A stretch of 63,801 nucleotides of DNA, filler included, from Thermodesulfobacteriota bacterium (GTDB lineage: Bacteria > DASVDK01): NCBI GenBank assembly GCA_036381125.1. It is 7 parts of 7 records of this genome, joined end to end, with 100 filler letters (N's around TTAATTAATTAA, not from the genome) between each part and the next. Parts side by side here need not be neighbours in the genome. Positions count along the whole stretch, not along the records: positions 20,043 to 33,787 come from DASVDK010000185.1; positions 33,888 to 44,217 come from DASVDK010000187.1; 5 more parts are not named here. One strand, 5' to 3'. The translations under genes were made by a program, and so were the position numbers. Under the pieces are notes generated by a model. The model was not told where the DNA came from and made no database searches. It saw nothing but the letters and a program-made list of their open reading frames with translations. Below are positions 31,413 to 40,208 of this stretch, in pieces (the first letter of the stretch is position 1; every line of letters begins with the position of its first letter).

Positions 31413-33787
31413 CAGGAGCCTCCGACCGCGGCCGCCGGCTCCGCCGGCGTCTCCCCGGAGATCAGCTGGTCGGGGCGAAGCGGCAGCCGCAGGATGAACG
31501 TCACGCCGTGACCGGGTCGGTTCGCGACCTCGATCGAGCCGGCGTGATTCTGGACGATCCGCTTGACGATGGCGAGGCCGAGGCCGGTCCCGCTCTCCTT
31601 GGTCGTGTAGAAGGGCCTGAAGACGTGGTCCATGACGGTCTCGTCGAGCCCGCCCCCGGTGTCCTCGACCTCGGCGACCAGGTGCGGCCCGAGCCCGCGC
31701 CCGTCGGCCGAGGCGAGGCGGACCGTGAGGGTCCCGCCCGTGCTCATCGCCTCGCGGGCGTTGTTGAAGAGGTTCACGAAGACCTGGCGGATCTGCGTCC
31801 CGTCGCAGACGATGGACGGCAGGCCGGCGTCGAACCGCTTGACGACCCGGACGCCGTTCTCCTTGAACGCCTCGGCCATCATCTGCAGCGTCGAGTCGAC
31901 GATCGCCTCGAGCGACTGCGGCTCGTAGGCCGTGCTCCGGTGCTCCTTGGAGAAGGCGAGGATCTCGTTGAGGATGCGCTCGAGCCGGCTCACCTCCTTG
32001 AGGATGATCTCCGTGTACGCGCGGTCGGGCGAGTCGTCGCCGATCCGCTTGTGGAGGCGACGCGCGAAGCCGCCGATCGACACGAGCGGGTTCCTGATCT
32101 CGTGCGCCACCTGCGCCGCCATCTCGCCGAGCGCCGCCAGCTTCTCGTTCTGGACCAGCCGCTGGTGCATCGCGCGCTGCTCGCGGTTGGCCACCTCGAG
32201 GTTCCGATAGAGCGTGGCCGACTCCACGGCGAGCCCCGCCTGGTTGGCGAACATGAGGAGGAACCTGAGGTCCTCGTTGGTGATGGGCCGCTGGTTGAAG
32301 CGGTTGTCCACCAGGATGACCCCGAGCGCGCGGCCCTTGGCGAGGAGCGGCACGGTGGCGAAGGCGGCGAGGTCGAGCTTGTCCGCGAGCCAGCCCGGCA
32401 CCCCAGGGTCGCGCCGCCCCTCCGGCACGTTGTGGCCCTGCTTGTCGAGGAGCGTGCGCACCAGGACGTTCGACTCGTCGGTCATCGGGATCCGGATGGA
32501 CTGCACGGTGCGGTTGAGGCGCGTGTCCAGGCTCACGTCGAAGTCCTCGTTGCGCACGAGGTCGCCGAGCGTCCGCCGCTCGGACGCGAGCCGGTGCCAC
32601 ACCGCGCCCGCCTCCTCCGGGCTCTCGGGCCCCACGCCGAGGATGCCGTCCACGGTGCCTTCCGCCTCGTTGTGGAGGAAGAGGAACGCCCGGTTGAAGC
32701 CGAGCCCGTCGCCGATGGTGACGGCGGTGAGGATGGTGTGCAGGAGCCGGTCCCGCTGGATGGTCGTCATCATCGCCTGGCCGACCTCGTAGAGGATCGA
32801 CAGCTCCCGGTTCTTCAGCTCGAGGTCGCGCGCCAGCGTCTCCATGCGGTTGAAGACGACGGCGTTGCCGATGGCGTTGGCGATCTGGCTCGCCATGGTG
32901 GAGAGCAGGTACCGGTCGTCCTCGTCGAACCCGCGCTCGCGCACCGGCGCGTCCCCCTCCTTGTCGAAGAGCGAGAGGGTTCCGATGACGCGCCCCTTGA
33001 AGGTGAGCGGGACGCAGAGGATGGACGAGACGATCTGCCGGCCCCGGTCGAGGACCCTCGGGTCGTTGCGGGCGTCCTTGACCAGGATGGGGAGGCCCGT
33101 GGCCGCCACCTCGCCGGCGATGCCCTCGCCCACCTTGATGGGGTCGCGCGTGCCGGGGACGTCGAGGAGGCCGAAATCGGCGGTGACCTTCAGCTCGCCC
33201 GACGCCTCGTCGAGCAGGCGCAGCACGGCCGCGCGCGCGCGGATGATCTTGACGCTGGTCCTGACGATCAGCGCCAGCAGCTCGTTCAGCTCGAGGGTCG
33301 ACGAGCAGGCCTTGCCGATCTCGTAGAGCGTCGTCAGCTCGCCCACCATCTTCTTCGCCTCGAAGTAGAGCTGGGCGTTGCGGATGGCGCCGGCGATCTC
33401 CCGCGCCACGATGGCGAGGAGCCGGACGTCGCGGTCCGGCAGCGGCCCCGGCTCGCGCCGCAGGGCGAGCAGGACGCCGTAGGAGAAGGTGTCGTCGACG
33501 ATCGGCACGGCGGCGGCCGAGGCGAACTCGCGCCAGTCGGCGGGAAGCCCCCGGCGCGGATCGGCGAGGTCGTGCCAGGGCGCGCCGCAGTCCGCGACGA
33601 CGACCGGCTCACGCCGGGCCGCCGCGAGCCCCACCAGGCCGCCGGCCCCGCCGCTCGGCCCCCCGGCCACGGAGACCGGCAGCCTGAGCGGCTCGGACGG
33701 GGCCGGCACGCCCGTGAGGAGCCTGAGCGTCAGCTGCTCCTTGGCGCGGTCGAGGGAGAAGATGGCGCAGGCGTCGAGCCCGAGCTC
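31412..33787 (-). CDS. multi-GAF sensor histidine kinase (5' truncated)
   Basis: At least three GAFs, AHEIRNPL H-box, NLFNNA, DTGGG and GTGLGL motifs. Confidence 0.93.
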   Translation of the reverse strand, partial: ELGLDACAIFSLDRAKEQLTLRLLTGVPAPSEPLRLPVSVAGGPSGGAGGLVGLAAARREPVVVADCGAPWHDLADPRRGLPADWREFASAAAVPIVDDTFSYGVLLALRREPGPLPDRDVRLLAIVAREIAGAIRNAQLYFEAKKMVGELTTLYEIGKACSSTLELNELLALIVRTSVKIIRARAAVLRLLDEASGELKVTADFGLLDVPGTRDPIKVGEGIAGEVAATGLPILVKDARNDPRVLDRGRQIVSSILCVPLTFKGRVIGTLSLFDKEGDAPVRERGFDEDDRYLLSTMASQIANAIGNAVVFNRMETLARDLELKNRELSILYEVGQAMMTTIQRDRLLHTILTAVTIGDGLGFNRAFLFLHNEAEGTVDGILGVGPESPEEAGAVWHRLASERRTLGDLVRNEDFDVSLDTRLNRTVQSIRIPMTDESNVLVRTLLDKQGHNVPEGRRDPGVPGWLADKLDLAAFATVPLLAKGRALGVILVDNRFNQRPITNEDLRFLLMFANQAGLAVESATLYRNLEVANREQRAMHQRLVQNEKLAALGEMAAQVAHEIRNPLVSIGGFARRLHKRIGDDSPDRAYTEIILKEVSRLERILNEILAFSKEHRSTAYEPQSLEAIVDSTLQMMAEAFKENGVRVVKRFDAGLPSIVCDGTQIRQVFVNLFNNAREAMSTGGTLTVRLASADGRGLGPHLVAEVEDTGGGLDETVMDHVFRPFYTTKESGTGLGLAIVKRIVQNHAGSIEVANRPGHGVTFILRLPLRPDQLISGETPAEPAAAVGGS

Positions 33788-33887
33788 NNNNNNNNNNNNN
33801 NNNNNNNNNNNNNNNNNNNNNNNNNNNNNNNTTAATTAATTAANNNNNNNNNNNNNNNNNNNNNNNNNNNNNNNNNNNNNNNNNNNN
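33788..33887. other. artificial contig linker
   Basis: N-run with TTAATTAATTAA. Confidence 0.98.
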
Positions 33888-34358
33888 CTCACGGTCCACG
33901 CGTCGGGGGGCGAGACCATGCTGCTCGAGGCCTGGCAGGGCGCGGTCGAGGGCGCCGGCACCGCCAGGCCGCCGACGCTCCTCGCCGTCACCGTGCTCAC
34001 GAGCCTCGACGCCGCCGGCCTCGCCGCGGTCGGCGTGCAGGGCTCGCCCGAGGAGGCGGTGCTGCGGCTCGCACGCCTCGCGATCGCGTCGAGGATCCCC
34101 GGCCTCGTCTGCTCGCCGCTCGAGGTGCGGGCCCTGCGGGCCGCACTCGGGCCGGATCCCCTCCTCGTCACCCCCGGCATCCGCGGAGCCGAATCGTTGC
34201 CGGACGATCAGCGACGGACGTTGTCCCCCCGGGAGGCGGTCGAGGCGGGGAGCGACTACCTGGTCATCGGCCGGCCGATCCTCGCCGCTCCCGATCCGAT
34301 CGTGGCCGCCGAGCTGATCGGCCAGCAGATCGCGGCCGCCGATGCGTCGAGGCCCTGA
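33888..34358 (+). CDS. pyrF: orotidine-5'-phosphate decarboxylase (5' truncated)
   Basis: TVHASGG, AVTVLTS, VTPGIR, DDQRR and VIGRPI motifs. Confidence 0.93.
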   Translation, partial: LTVHASGGETMLLEAWQGAVEGAGTARPPTLLAVTVLTSLDAAGLAAVGVQGSPEEAVLRLARLAIASRIPGLVCSPLEVRALRAALGPDPLLVTPGIRGAESLPDDQRRTLSPREAVEAGSDYLVIGRPILAAPDPIVAAELIGQQIAAADASRP

Positions 34359-35160
34359 CCGGCAGCGGCCGACCGGGGAGGGGACCGGGCCCGCCTGGAT
34401 CGCCGGCGTCCACCCGGTGCACGAAGCGCTCCTCGCGGCGCCGGCCGGAGTGCGCGAGGTGCTCGTCGCCCGGGAGGCGGAGGCGAGACGACTCGCTCCC
34501 ATCCGCGAGGCGGCGGCCGCGGCCGGCGTGCCGGTCTCGCTGCGCGACCGGTCGGACCTGAGCCGCATCCTGGGCCACGACCGGCACCAGGGGGTCGCCG
34601 CGCGCCTGCGCGGCCTGCCGGGCTACGTGGCGCTCGAGGATCTCCTCTCTCGCGTGGACGCCGACCGGGCCGCCGGTCGGCGCGCGCTCCTCGTCCTCCT
34701 CGACGGCATCGTCGACCCGCAGAACCTCGGCGCGATCATCCGCTCGGCCGAAGGGGCGGGCGCCCAGGGGGTGGTCATCCCGAAGGACCGGGCCGCCGGG
34801 CTGACGGCCGCGGTCGTCCGCGCCTCGGCGGGCGCCGCCCACCACCTGCCGGTCGCGCGGGTGACGAACCTCGTGGCCGCCATGGCCACGCTCGCGGAGC
34901 GCGGGATCTGGACGGTCGGGACGGTCGCGCCCGCCCCCGGGGCGGGGGAGCGGGCGCAGGCGTACCACGAGGCGGACCTCGCCGGCGACCTCGCGCTCGT
35001 GATCGGCGCCGAGGGGCGGGGCCTGCGGCGCCTCGTCGCCGAACGGTGCGACCGACTCGTGACGATCCCGCTCCACGGGCGGGTCGGCTCGCTCAACGCG
35101 GCCGCCGCCGCGGCCGTCCTCCTCTTCGAGGCCAGGCGGCAGCGAGCCGCCGGCGGCTAG
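34342..35160 (+). CDS. rlmB: 23S rRNA Gm2251 methyltransferase (SPOUT)
   Basis: HQGVAA, DPQNLGAIIRSA, IGAEGRGL and SLN motifs. Confidence 0.92.
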   Translation: MRRGPDRQRPTGEGTGPAWIAGVHPVHEALLAAPAGVREVLVAREAEARRLAPIREAAAAAGVPVSLRDRSDLSRILGHDRHQGVAARLRGLPGYVALEDLLSRVDADRAAGRRALLVLLDGIVDPQNLGAIIRSAEGAGAQGVVIPKDRAAGLTAAVVRASAGAAHHLPVARVTNLVAAMATLAERGIWTVGTVAPAPGAGERAQAYHEADLAGDLALVIGAEGRGLRRLVAERCDRLVTIPLHGRVGSLNAAAAAAVLLFEARRQRAAGG

Positions 35161-35180
35161 GGCAGACCGCGCCTCCTCCG

Positions 35181-35295
35181 CGGGCCGCAGCCGACCCGTC
35201 TCCCGCGCCTCACGCCACGGTGATCCGCGTCAGCGCAGCCGGGGCGTCGGCACGCGCCGCCGCCGCGCGCCCATGAAGACCGGCCCGAGGAGCAT
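35181..35295. repeat. 115-bp direct repeat copy A (duplicate of rhomboid 3' end)
   Basis: About 7 mismatches against 36237-36351. Confidence 0.9.
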
Positions 35296-35311
35296 CACCG
35301 CACGCGTCCCG

Positions 35312-35854
35312 TCAGGGCTCCGGCTCCACGTCGTTCAAGCACGCGACTCCGGACGCGGGAATCGGCTCGAACGCCGCCCTCGAGCGGTCGGCGCGCCACG
35401 CCTGCTCGATGCTCGTGAGCACGGCGTCGCTCCCGGGCCGTACGATCGCCACGATCTCCGGGTCGACGGCGATGTCGTCCGGCTCGAGGCTGCCCCCGGC
35501 GCCCTCTCGGCGCATCCCGCAGACGGCCAGCATCAGCCACCTGTCCCCGGAAAGCGGAGGGAGCGCCAGGACATCCATGACGGTCCATGTCTGGCCGGTC
35601 GCCGTCATCCGCGCTCGCCGAGCCAGCCACAGCAGGTGCTGCCCTTGCACGCGCATCTCGGCGAGCGCGAACGTTGCCGAGTCGGCCGGGCCGATCGTGG
35701 TGCCCCGCAGGATCACGACCTCTCGTGGCACCGGTGGGTACTGGGTGCCGACCCATGCCTTCCCTGCGTCTCCGACAGCGGCGCCGGCGGCCATGCCTGG
35801 GCCGCCGGCCGCGGCGAGTACGGCGAGCAGCGCCGTCGCGGCGGTGGCGATCAT
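35312..35854 (-). CDS. secreted hypothetical protein
   Basis: Signal-like [18 protein letters not shown], ending [18 protein letters not shown]; in frame with the upstream SRPBCC remnant. Confidence 0.55.
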   Translation of the reverse strand: MIATAATALLAVLAAAGGPGMAAGAAVGDAGKAWVGTQYPPVPREVVILRGTTIGPADSATFALAEMRVQGQHLLWLARRARMTATGQTWTVMDVLALPPLSGDRWLMLAVCGMRREGAGGSLEPDDIAVDPEIVAIVRPGSDAVLTSIEQAWRADRSRAAFEPIPASGVACLNDVEPEP

Positions 35855-36190
35855 GGCACCCCGGCCCCACAGCGCCGTGACGGCGGTGACGAGCTGATCG
35901 AGGGCCTTCCCCCAGCCCTCGTGGAAGCCCATGTCCGCGTGCGTCTTGCAGTCCCCCACGTCCCCGTGGATGGCCAGCGCGGAGTACTTCGTCCCGGTCC
36001 CGAGTGCTTCGAGCGTGATGACCGCCGTGAAGGGCGGGACCTCGGAGGACGCCCTGGAGGGCCGGTAGCCGGGGCCGAGGCCGGTGGTCCAGACGAGCTT
36101 CTCGTTCTCGATGACCTCCGGGCAGCGGCCGACGCGCTCCAGCAGGAGGTCGAGCCTGGGGTCTGATCGGTGGACCTTCGAGCCAGTCAT
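35855..36190 (-). pseudogene. SRPBCC/AHSA1 family remnant with internal deletion
   Basis: [10 protein letters not shown] is joined directly to [13 protein letters not shown]...[17 protein letters not shown]; the central VW.AWT..W segment is missing. Confidence 0.65.
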
Positions 36191-36203
36191 CGATTCCGCT
36201 CCT

Positions 36204-36223
36204 TCAGGCCTTGCCATTTTCCA
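36204..36223 (-). repeat. REP-like unit
   Basis: Reverse complement TGGAAAATGGCAAGGCCTGA is identical to 2827-2846. Confidence 0.8.
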
Positions 36224-36236
36224 GGCGCATTCTCCA

Positions 36237-36351
36237 CGGGCCGCAGCCGGCCCGTCCCCCGCGCCTCACGCCACGGTGATCCGCCTCAAAGCAGCCGGGG
36301 CGTCGGCACGTGCCGCCGCCGCGCGCCCATGAAGACCGGCCCGAGCAGCAT
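36237..36351. repeat. 115-bp direct repeat copy B
   Basis: Matches 35181-35295 and contains the rhomboid stop codon. Confidence 0.9.
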
Positions 36352-37011
36352 GCCGGCGACGAAGCCGCCGATGTGCGCGTACCAGGCCACCCCCACGCCG
36401 CCGCCGAGGGAGCTCAGGATCTGCCCGAGGAACCAGATCACGAGCCAGACCCCGGCCGGGATCCAGACGACCCAGGCGAGGACGAGGGGGACGACGGTCA
36501 GGATGCGGGCGTTCGGGAAGCGCAGCAGGTAGGCGCCGAGGACCCCGGCGATGGCCCCGCTCGCGCCGACCATCGGCATCGGCGACCCCGGGTCCACCGA
36601 CGCCTGCGTGATCGCCGCCGAGACGCCGCTGGCCAGGTAGAAGACGAGGAAGCCGCCCGGGCCGATCTCGTCCTCGACGTTGTTGCCGAAGATCCAGAAC
36701 GACCACATGTTGCCGAGCAGGTGGAGCCACCCTCCGTGGAGGAACATGGACGTGAGCACGGTGGCGGGGACCGGCACCGACGGGTCGTAGGCCAGGTAGA
36801 GCCGTATGGCGGTCGGGTCGAGGAGGGGCGGCAGGTCGAGCCCGAACGTCTCGGCCAGCGCCCGCGGCACCATGGCGAACGCGAGGAGGCCATACCCGTT
36901 GCTCGGGCCCTGGCCGAGCTGCCAGAGGAAGACCAGCACGTTCGCCCCGATGATCAGGACGGTCATCACGGGGGTCGAGCGGAGCGGGTTGTCGTCCTTG
37001 AGGGGGAACAT
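36286..37011 (-). CDS. rhomboid family intramembrane serine protease
   Basis: MFPLKDDNP, HGGWLHLLGNM, GASG and AHIGG motifs. Confidence 0.95.
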   Translation of the reverse strand: MFPLKDDNPLRSTPVMTVLIIGANVLVFLWQLGQGPSNGYGLLAFAMVPRALAETFGLDLPPLLDPTAIRLYLAYDPSVPVPATVLTSMFLHGGWLHLLGNMWSFWIFGNNVEDEIGPGGFLVFYLASGVSAAITQASVDPGSPMPMVGASGAIAGVLGAYLLRFPNARILTVVPLVLAWVVWIPAGVWLVIWFLGQILSSLGGGVGVAWYAHIGGFVAGMLLGPVFMGARRRHVPTPRLL

Positions 37012-37063
37012 GCCCTCCACTATACTCGGGCGGGACCCCTCGCGATCCCTGTCCGAGGCGGAG

Positions 37064-37138
37064 GCTGGCGTAGCTCAACGGTAGAGCACCGGTTTTGTAA
37101 ACCGTAGGTTGCGGGTTCGAGTCCCGCCGCCAGCTCCA
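37064..37138 (+). tRNA. tRNA-Thr(TGT)
   Basis: GCTGGCG/CGCCAGC acceptor, anticodon loop TT-TGT-AA, CCA. Confidence 0.93.
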
Positions 37139-37985
37139 CACGCACCCCGTCGATCGTCCAGCCGCCGCCGCGACGCCCCGCCCGAGGTCTCACCGGATGC
37201 CGTCATCGGGACGCCGATCCGGCAGGCGCGGGGACGACCGGCCGGCGGCCGACGGATGGTCATGCGGCGCAGGGGCAAGGCGCACGGAGGTCCACCGATC
37301 CAGTGGTCCGGCCGCCCGGGAGGGGAGATCACGGGCGGCCCCGAGCCCCCGTGCGCACTGCGGCATTGCTGCAAGCCAGGCGCCAGCGCGCGGTGCGGCG
37401 TCTCGGGCGACCGCCGCACTGCGGCAGGCGCGCGAGCGGCCGCTCGGCGAGCGCCCCCTGGCTCGCGGACCCCTGCGGACCGCCGGCCGTCCTCGGCCCG
37501 CGCCTCGGCCGCGATCGCCTCGAGGTCGAGCGGCGCGGCGCCACGGCGAAGAGCCGCCCGATCTCGCCGTTCGTCGATCCGATCCGCCGCTCGCCGAGAA
37601 GGATCCGCCGCTCGCGCGGGGGACGCCGGGCCGCCTCGTAGCCCGTCGCGCCATGCGCCTTCATGGCAGCCGGCATCGTCGCCCCACCGGGGAGCCCTCG
37701 CCAGCAGCCTTGCCGAGAGGACACCGGCAACGCGCCACGACACCGCCCTTGTCCGAGCGCATCGAGACGCCGGGCGCCGGCGCGCGCCACGGCGTTCCTC
37801 GCGGCGGCCGGCCGAGGGAAGCGGCCTGCTCCCCGCTCGTCCGGCCGCCCACCGCGACGTCTCACCCGACACGTGCACACGTCTTGCGACGCCGGCAGAC
37901 CTCTGGTCGCCGCCCGGCGCGATGCGGGGGCGTTCTCTCGCGGCACGCGAATCCCGGCGAGCGATCGACGACAGGGGGAAGGACG

Positions 37986-39413
37986 ATGAAGAGTCTGACG
38001 GTGGTCGCCGGTACGGCGCTGCTCGCGCTGGCCGCGCCGGCGTTCGGTGCACCGGTCCCACAGAAGCCGGATCAGGTCGCCCAGCTCGGCGGTCGGATTC
38101 CGGGCAACCCGTCCATTGCTCTGGTAAAGGTCGCCGACGGCCTCAACGACCCGACGAACGTCGCGTCGGCCAACGACGGCTCGGGCCGGCTCTTCGTCAC
38201 CGAGCGGGTCGGGAGGATCCGGATCGTGCAGGACGGCAAGCTGCTGCCGGAGCCGTTCCTCGACCTCACCAAGATCAACCCGCTCGGCTCCGAGGTGCAG
38301 ACCGGCTTCGTCGAGCAGGGCCTCTATTCGGTCGCGTTCCATCCCCGGTTCCGCGAGAACGGCTACTTCTACGTCCACTACGCCTCGCTGCCGTTCAACG
38401 GCGACGGGCTGATCGTCCGGTATACGGTCTCCAAGGACGACCCGAACAAGGCCGACACCCAGACGGCCAAGGTGATCATGCGGATCCCGCAGCCCTACTA
38501 CAACCACAACGGGGGGCAGATCGCCTTCGGCCCCAAGGACGGCTTCCTCTACATCTCGAGCGGCGACGGCGGCTGGGAGGGCGACCCGCTCGGCGCAGGG
38601 CAGGACCTCGCCACCTGGCTCGGGAAGGTCCTGCGCATCGACGTGAACGTCGAGGACGACCGGCAGCCGTACCGCGTCCCACCGTCCAACCCCTTCCTCG
38701 AGGCGTCGAAGGAGCGCTTGATGTTCCTCTTCGGCATCACCGAGGAGCAGTTCGCGAAGCTCAAGACGACCGCGAAGCCCGAGATCTGGGCCTACGGCCT
38801 GCGCAACCCCTACGAGATGAGCTTCGATCCGCGGACCGGCGACCTCTTCATCGCCGAGGTGGGGCAGAACCACTGGGAGGAGATCGACTACCAGCCGGCC
38901 GGCAGCAGCGGGGGCGAGAACTACGGCTGGAACTTCAACATGGGGACCCACTGCTTCCCGATCGAGGCGAAGGAGTGCCCCCAGGTCGGCGTCCTCCCGG
39001 CGGCCGAGTACGAGCACACGCAGGGCGGCTGCGCCGTCATCGGCCTGGGAGTCGCGTACTACGGCGGCATGGAGGGGACCTACCTCGCGGGCGACTGGTG
39101 CTCGGGCAAGGTGTTCGGGCTCGCGTACGACCAGGGCGCGGGGAGGTGGCAGTTCCAGGAGCTGGCCCAGACAGGGCTTCAGTTCACCGGGGGCGGGGAG
39201 GACGAGCAGGGATTCGTGTACGCGGTGAACTGCGACTGCTTCTACACCGAGGACAAGGGGCCGCTCAACAACCCGCCGGGTGCGCTCTGGCGGATCGTCC
39301 CGGCGAACCAGGTGCCGCAGGGGGCCGTCATGGCTCCTGCCCCGAAGGTCACGGGAGCGTCGGGCGCAGCGCCCGCCGCCGGCGCGCCGCAGCCCCAGCC
39401 CTCGCCGCAGTAG
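37986..39413 (+). CDS. PQQ-dependent sugar (glucose/sorbosone) dehydrogenase family
   Basis: Signal peptide, HNGGQIAFG, GDGG, GKVLRID, GLRNP and NYGW motifs. Confidence 0.9.
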   Translation: MKSLTVVAGTALLALAAPAFGAPVPQKPDQVAQLGGRIPGNPSIALVKVADGLNDPTNVASANDGSGRLFVTERVGRIRIVQDGKLLPEPFLDLTKINPLGSEVQTGFVEQGLYSVAFHPRFRENGYFYVHYASLPFNGDGLIVRYTVSKDDPNKADTQTAKVIMRIPQPYYNHNGGQIAFGPKDGFLYISSGDGGWEGDPLGAGQDLATWLGKVLRIDVNVEDDRQPYRVPPSNPFLEASKERLMFLFGITEEQFAKLKTTAKPEIWAYGLRNPYEMSFDPRTGDLFIAEVGQNHWEEIDYQPAGSSGGENYGWNFNMGTHCFPIEAKECPQVGVLPAAEYEHTQGGCAVIGLGVAYYGGMEGTYLAGDWCSGKVFGLAYDQGAGRWQFQELAQTGLQFTGGGEDEQGFVYAVNCDCFYTEDKGPLNNPPGALWRIVPANQVPQGAVMAPAPKVTGASGAAPAAGAPQPQPSPQ

Positions 39414-39684
39414 TGGTCGCGTCATCCCGAAAGTACGGCGGCGCCCGGCCACTCTGGCCGGGCGCCACCCGGGGGTGAGTCGGCCGTCGGCCCCACCGGT
39501 CGGTCGGCTGTGGGCTGGCCCGCCTCCTGCCTGGTAACCCGCCGTGACGCCCCGGCTCGCCGCCGCGCTCCTGCTCGCGCTGCTCACGGCCGGTTGCGGT
39601 CCTCGCCGTCAACACCGGCTCGGCCGAGCGAGGACCTGCGCCCGGCGCGTGCGGGAGCGGCCACCCCGATCGTTCTCTCAGGGC

Positions 39685-39706
39685 CAACTCGGTTCGAACC
39701 GAGTTG
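39685..39706. repeat. 22-bp perfect palindrome
   Basis: CAACTCGGTTCGAACCGAGTTG; the same sequence occurs at 49496-49517. Confidence 0.9.
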
Positions 39707-39838
39707 CGCGAGCGGACCTGTTGCTCGAAATCGGTGGTACGGGAGCCGGGGAGCGTCTACGCCCCGCCGTAGGCCGCGAGCGCGGTGGGACGACGATGTG
39801 GAGCACCTACCGCCCCGGCACCGAATAACAGGTACTAC

Positions 39839-40204
39839 CTACGGCCGGTAGACGTGGTTCGGCTGGACGGCCGTCACGTCCGGAGACGAGAGCCCTCGTG
39901 TCTCGACCGCCTCCGGGCCGGGGTCCTTCCCGATCCTCAACAGGAAGACGTCGTCGCGTACCCGCCGCAGGCCGACGACCTGGTACTCGGCGTAGAGGTC
40001 CCGGATGCGCCGCTCGTCGGTGCCGGCGCGGACGGTGACCAGGTACTCGCCGGGGACGCGCTGCGGCTGGCTGCTCATGACCGGCTCGCCTCCACGCGGC
40101 GCGCCCATGGGGCCCGCTGTCTCGGCGCATCCGAGGGCCCCGGCGAGCAGGACGAGGGCGGCCGAGACGACCAGGTGCCGGGCCGTGCGCGCGATGCCGC
40201 CCAT
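39839..40204 (-). CDS. lipoprotein resembling a subtilase prodomain
   Basis: ALGC lipobox; VPGEYLVTVRAGTD...PDVTAVQPNHVYRP parallels VPGEILVRFRPGTD...PDVAYVQPNYRYRA of the adjacent S8 protease. Confidence 0.7.
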   Translation of the reverse strand: MGGIARTARHLVVSAALVLLAGALGCAETAGPMGAPRGGEPVMSSQPQRVPGEYLVTVRAGTDERRIRDLYAEYQVVGLRRVRDDVFLLRIGKDPGPEAVETRGLSSPDVTAVQPNHVYRP

Positions 40205-40208
40205 GCCG

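Noticed and set aside
37140-37980. Integrase or att site after tRNA-Thr(TGT)
   Set aside because: No recombinase motifs and no duplicated tRNA 3' end were found by eye; only decayed sequence.
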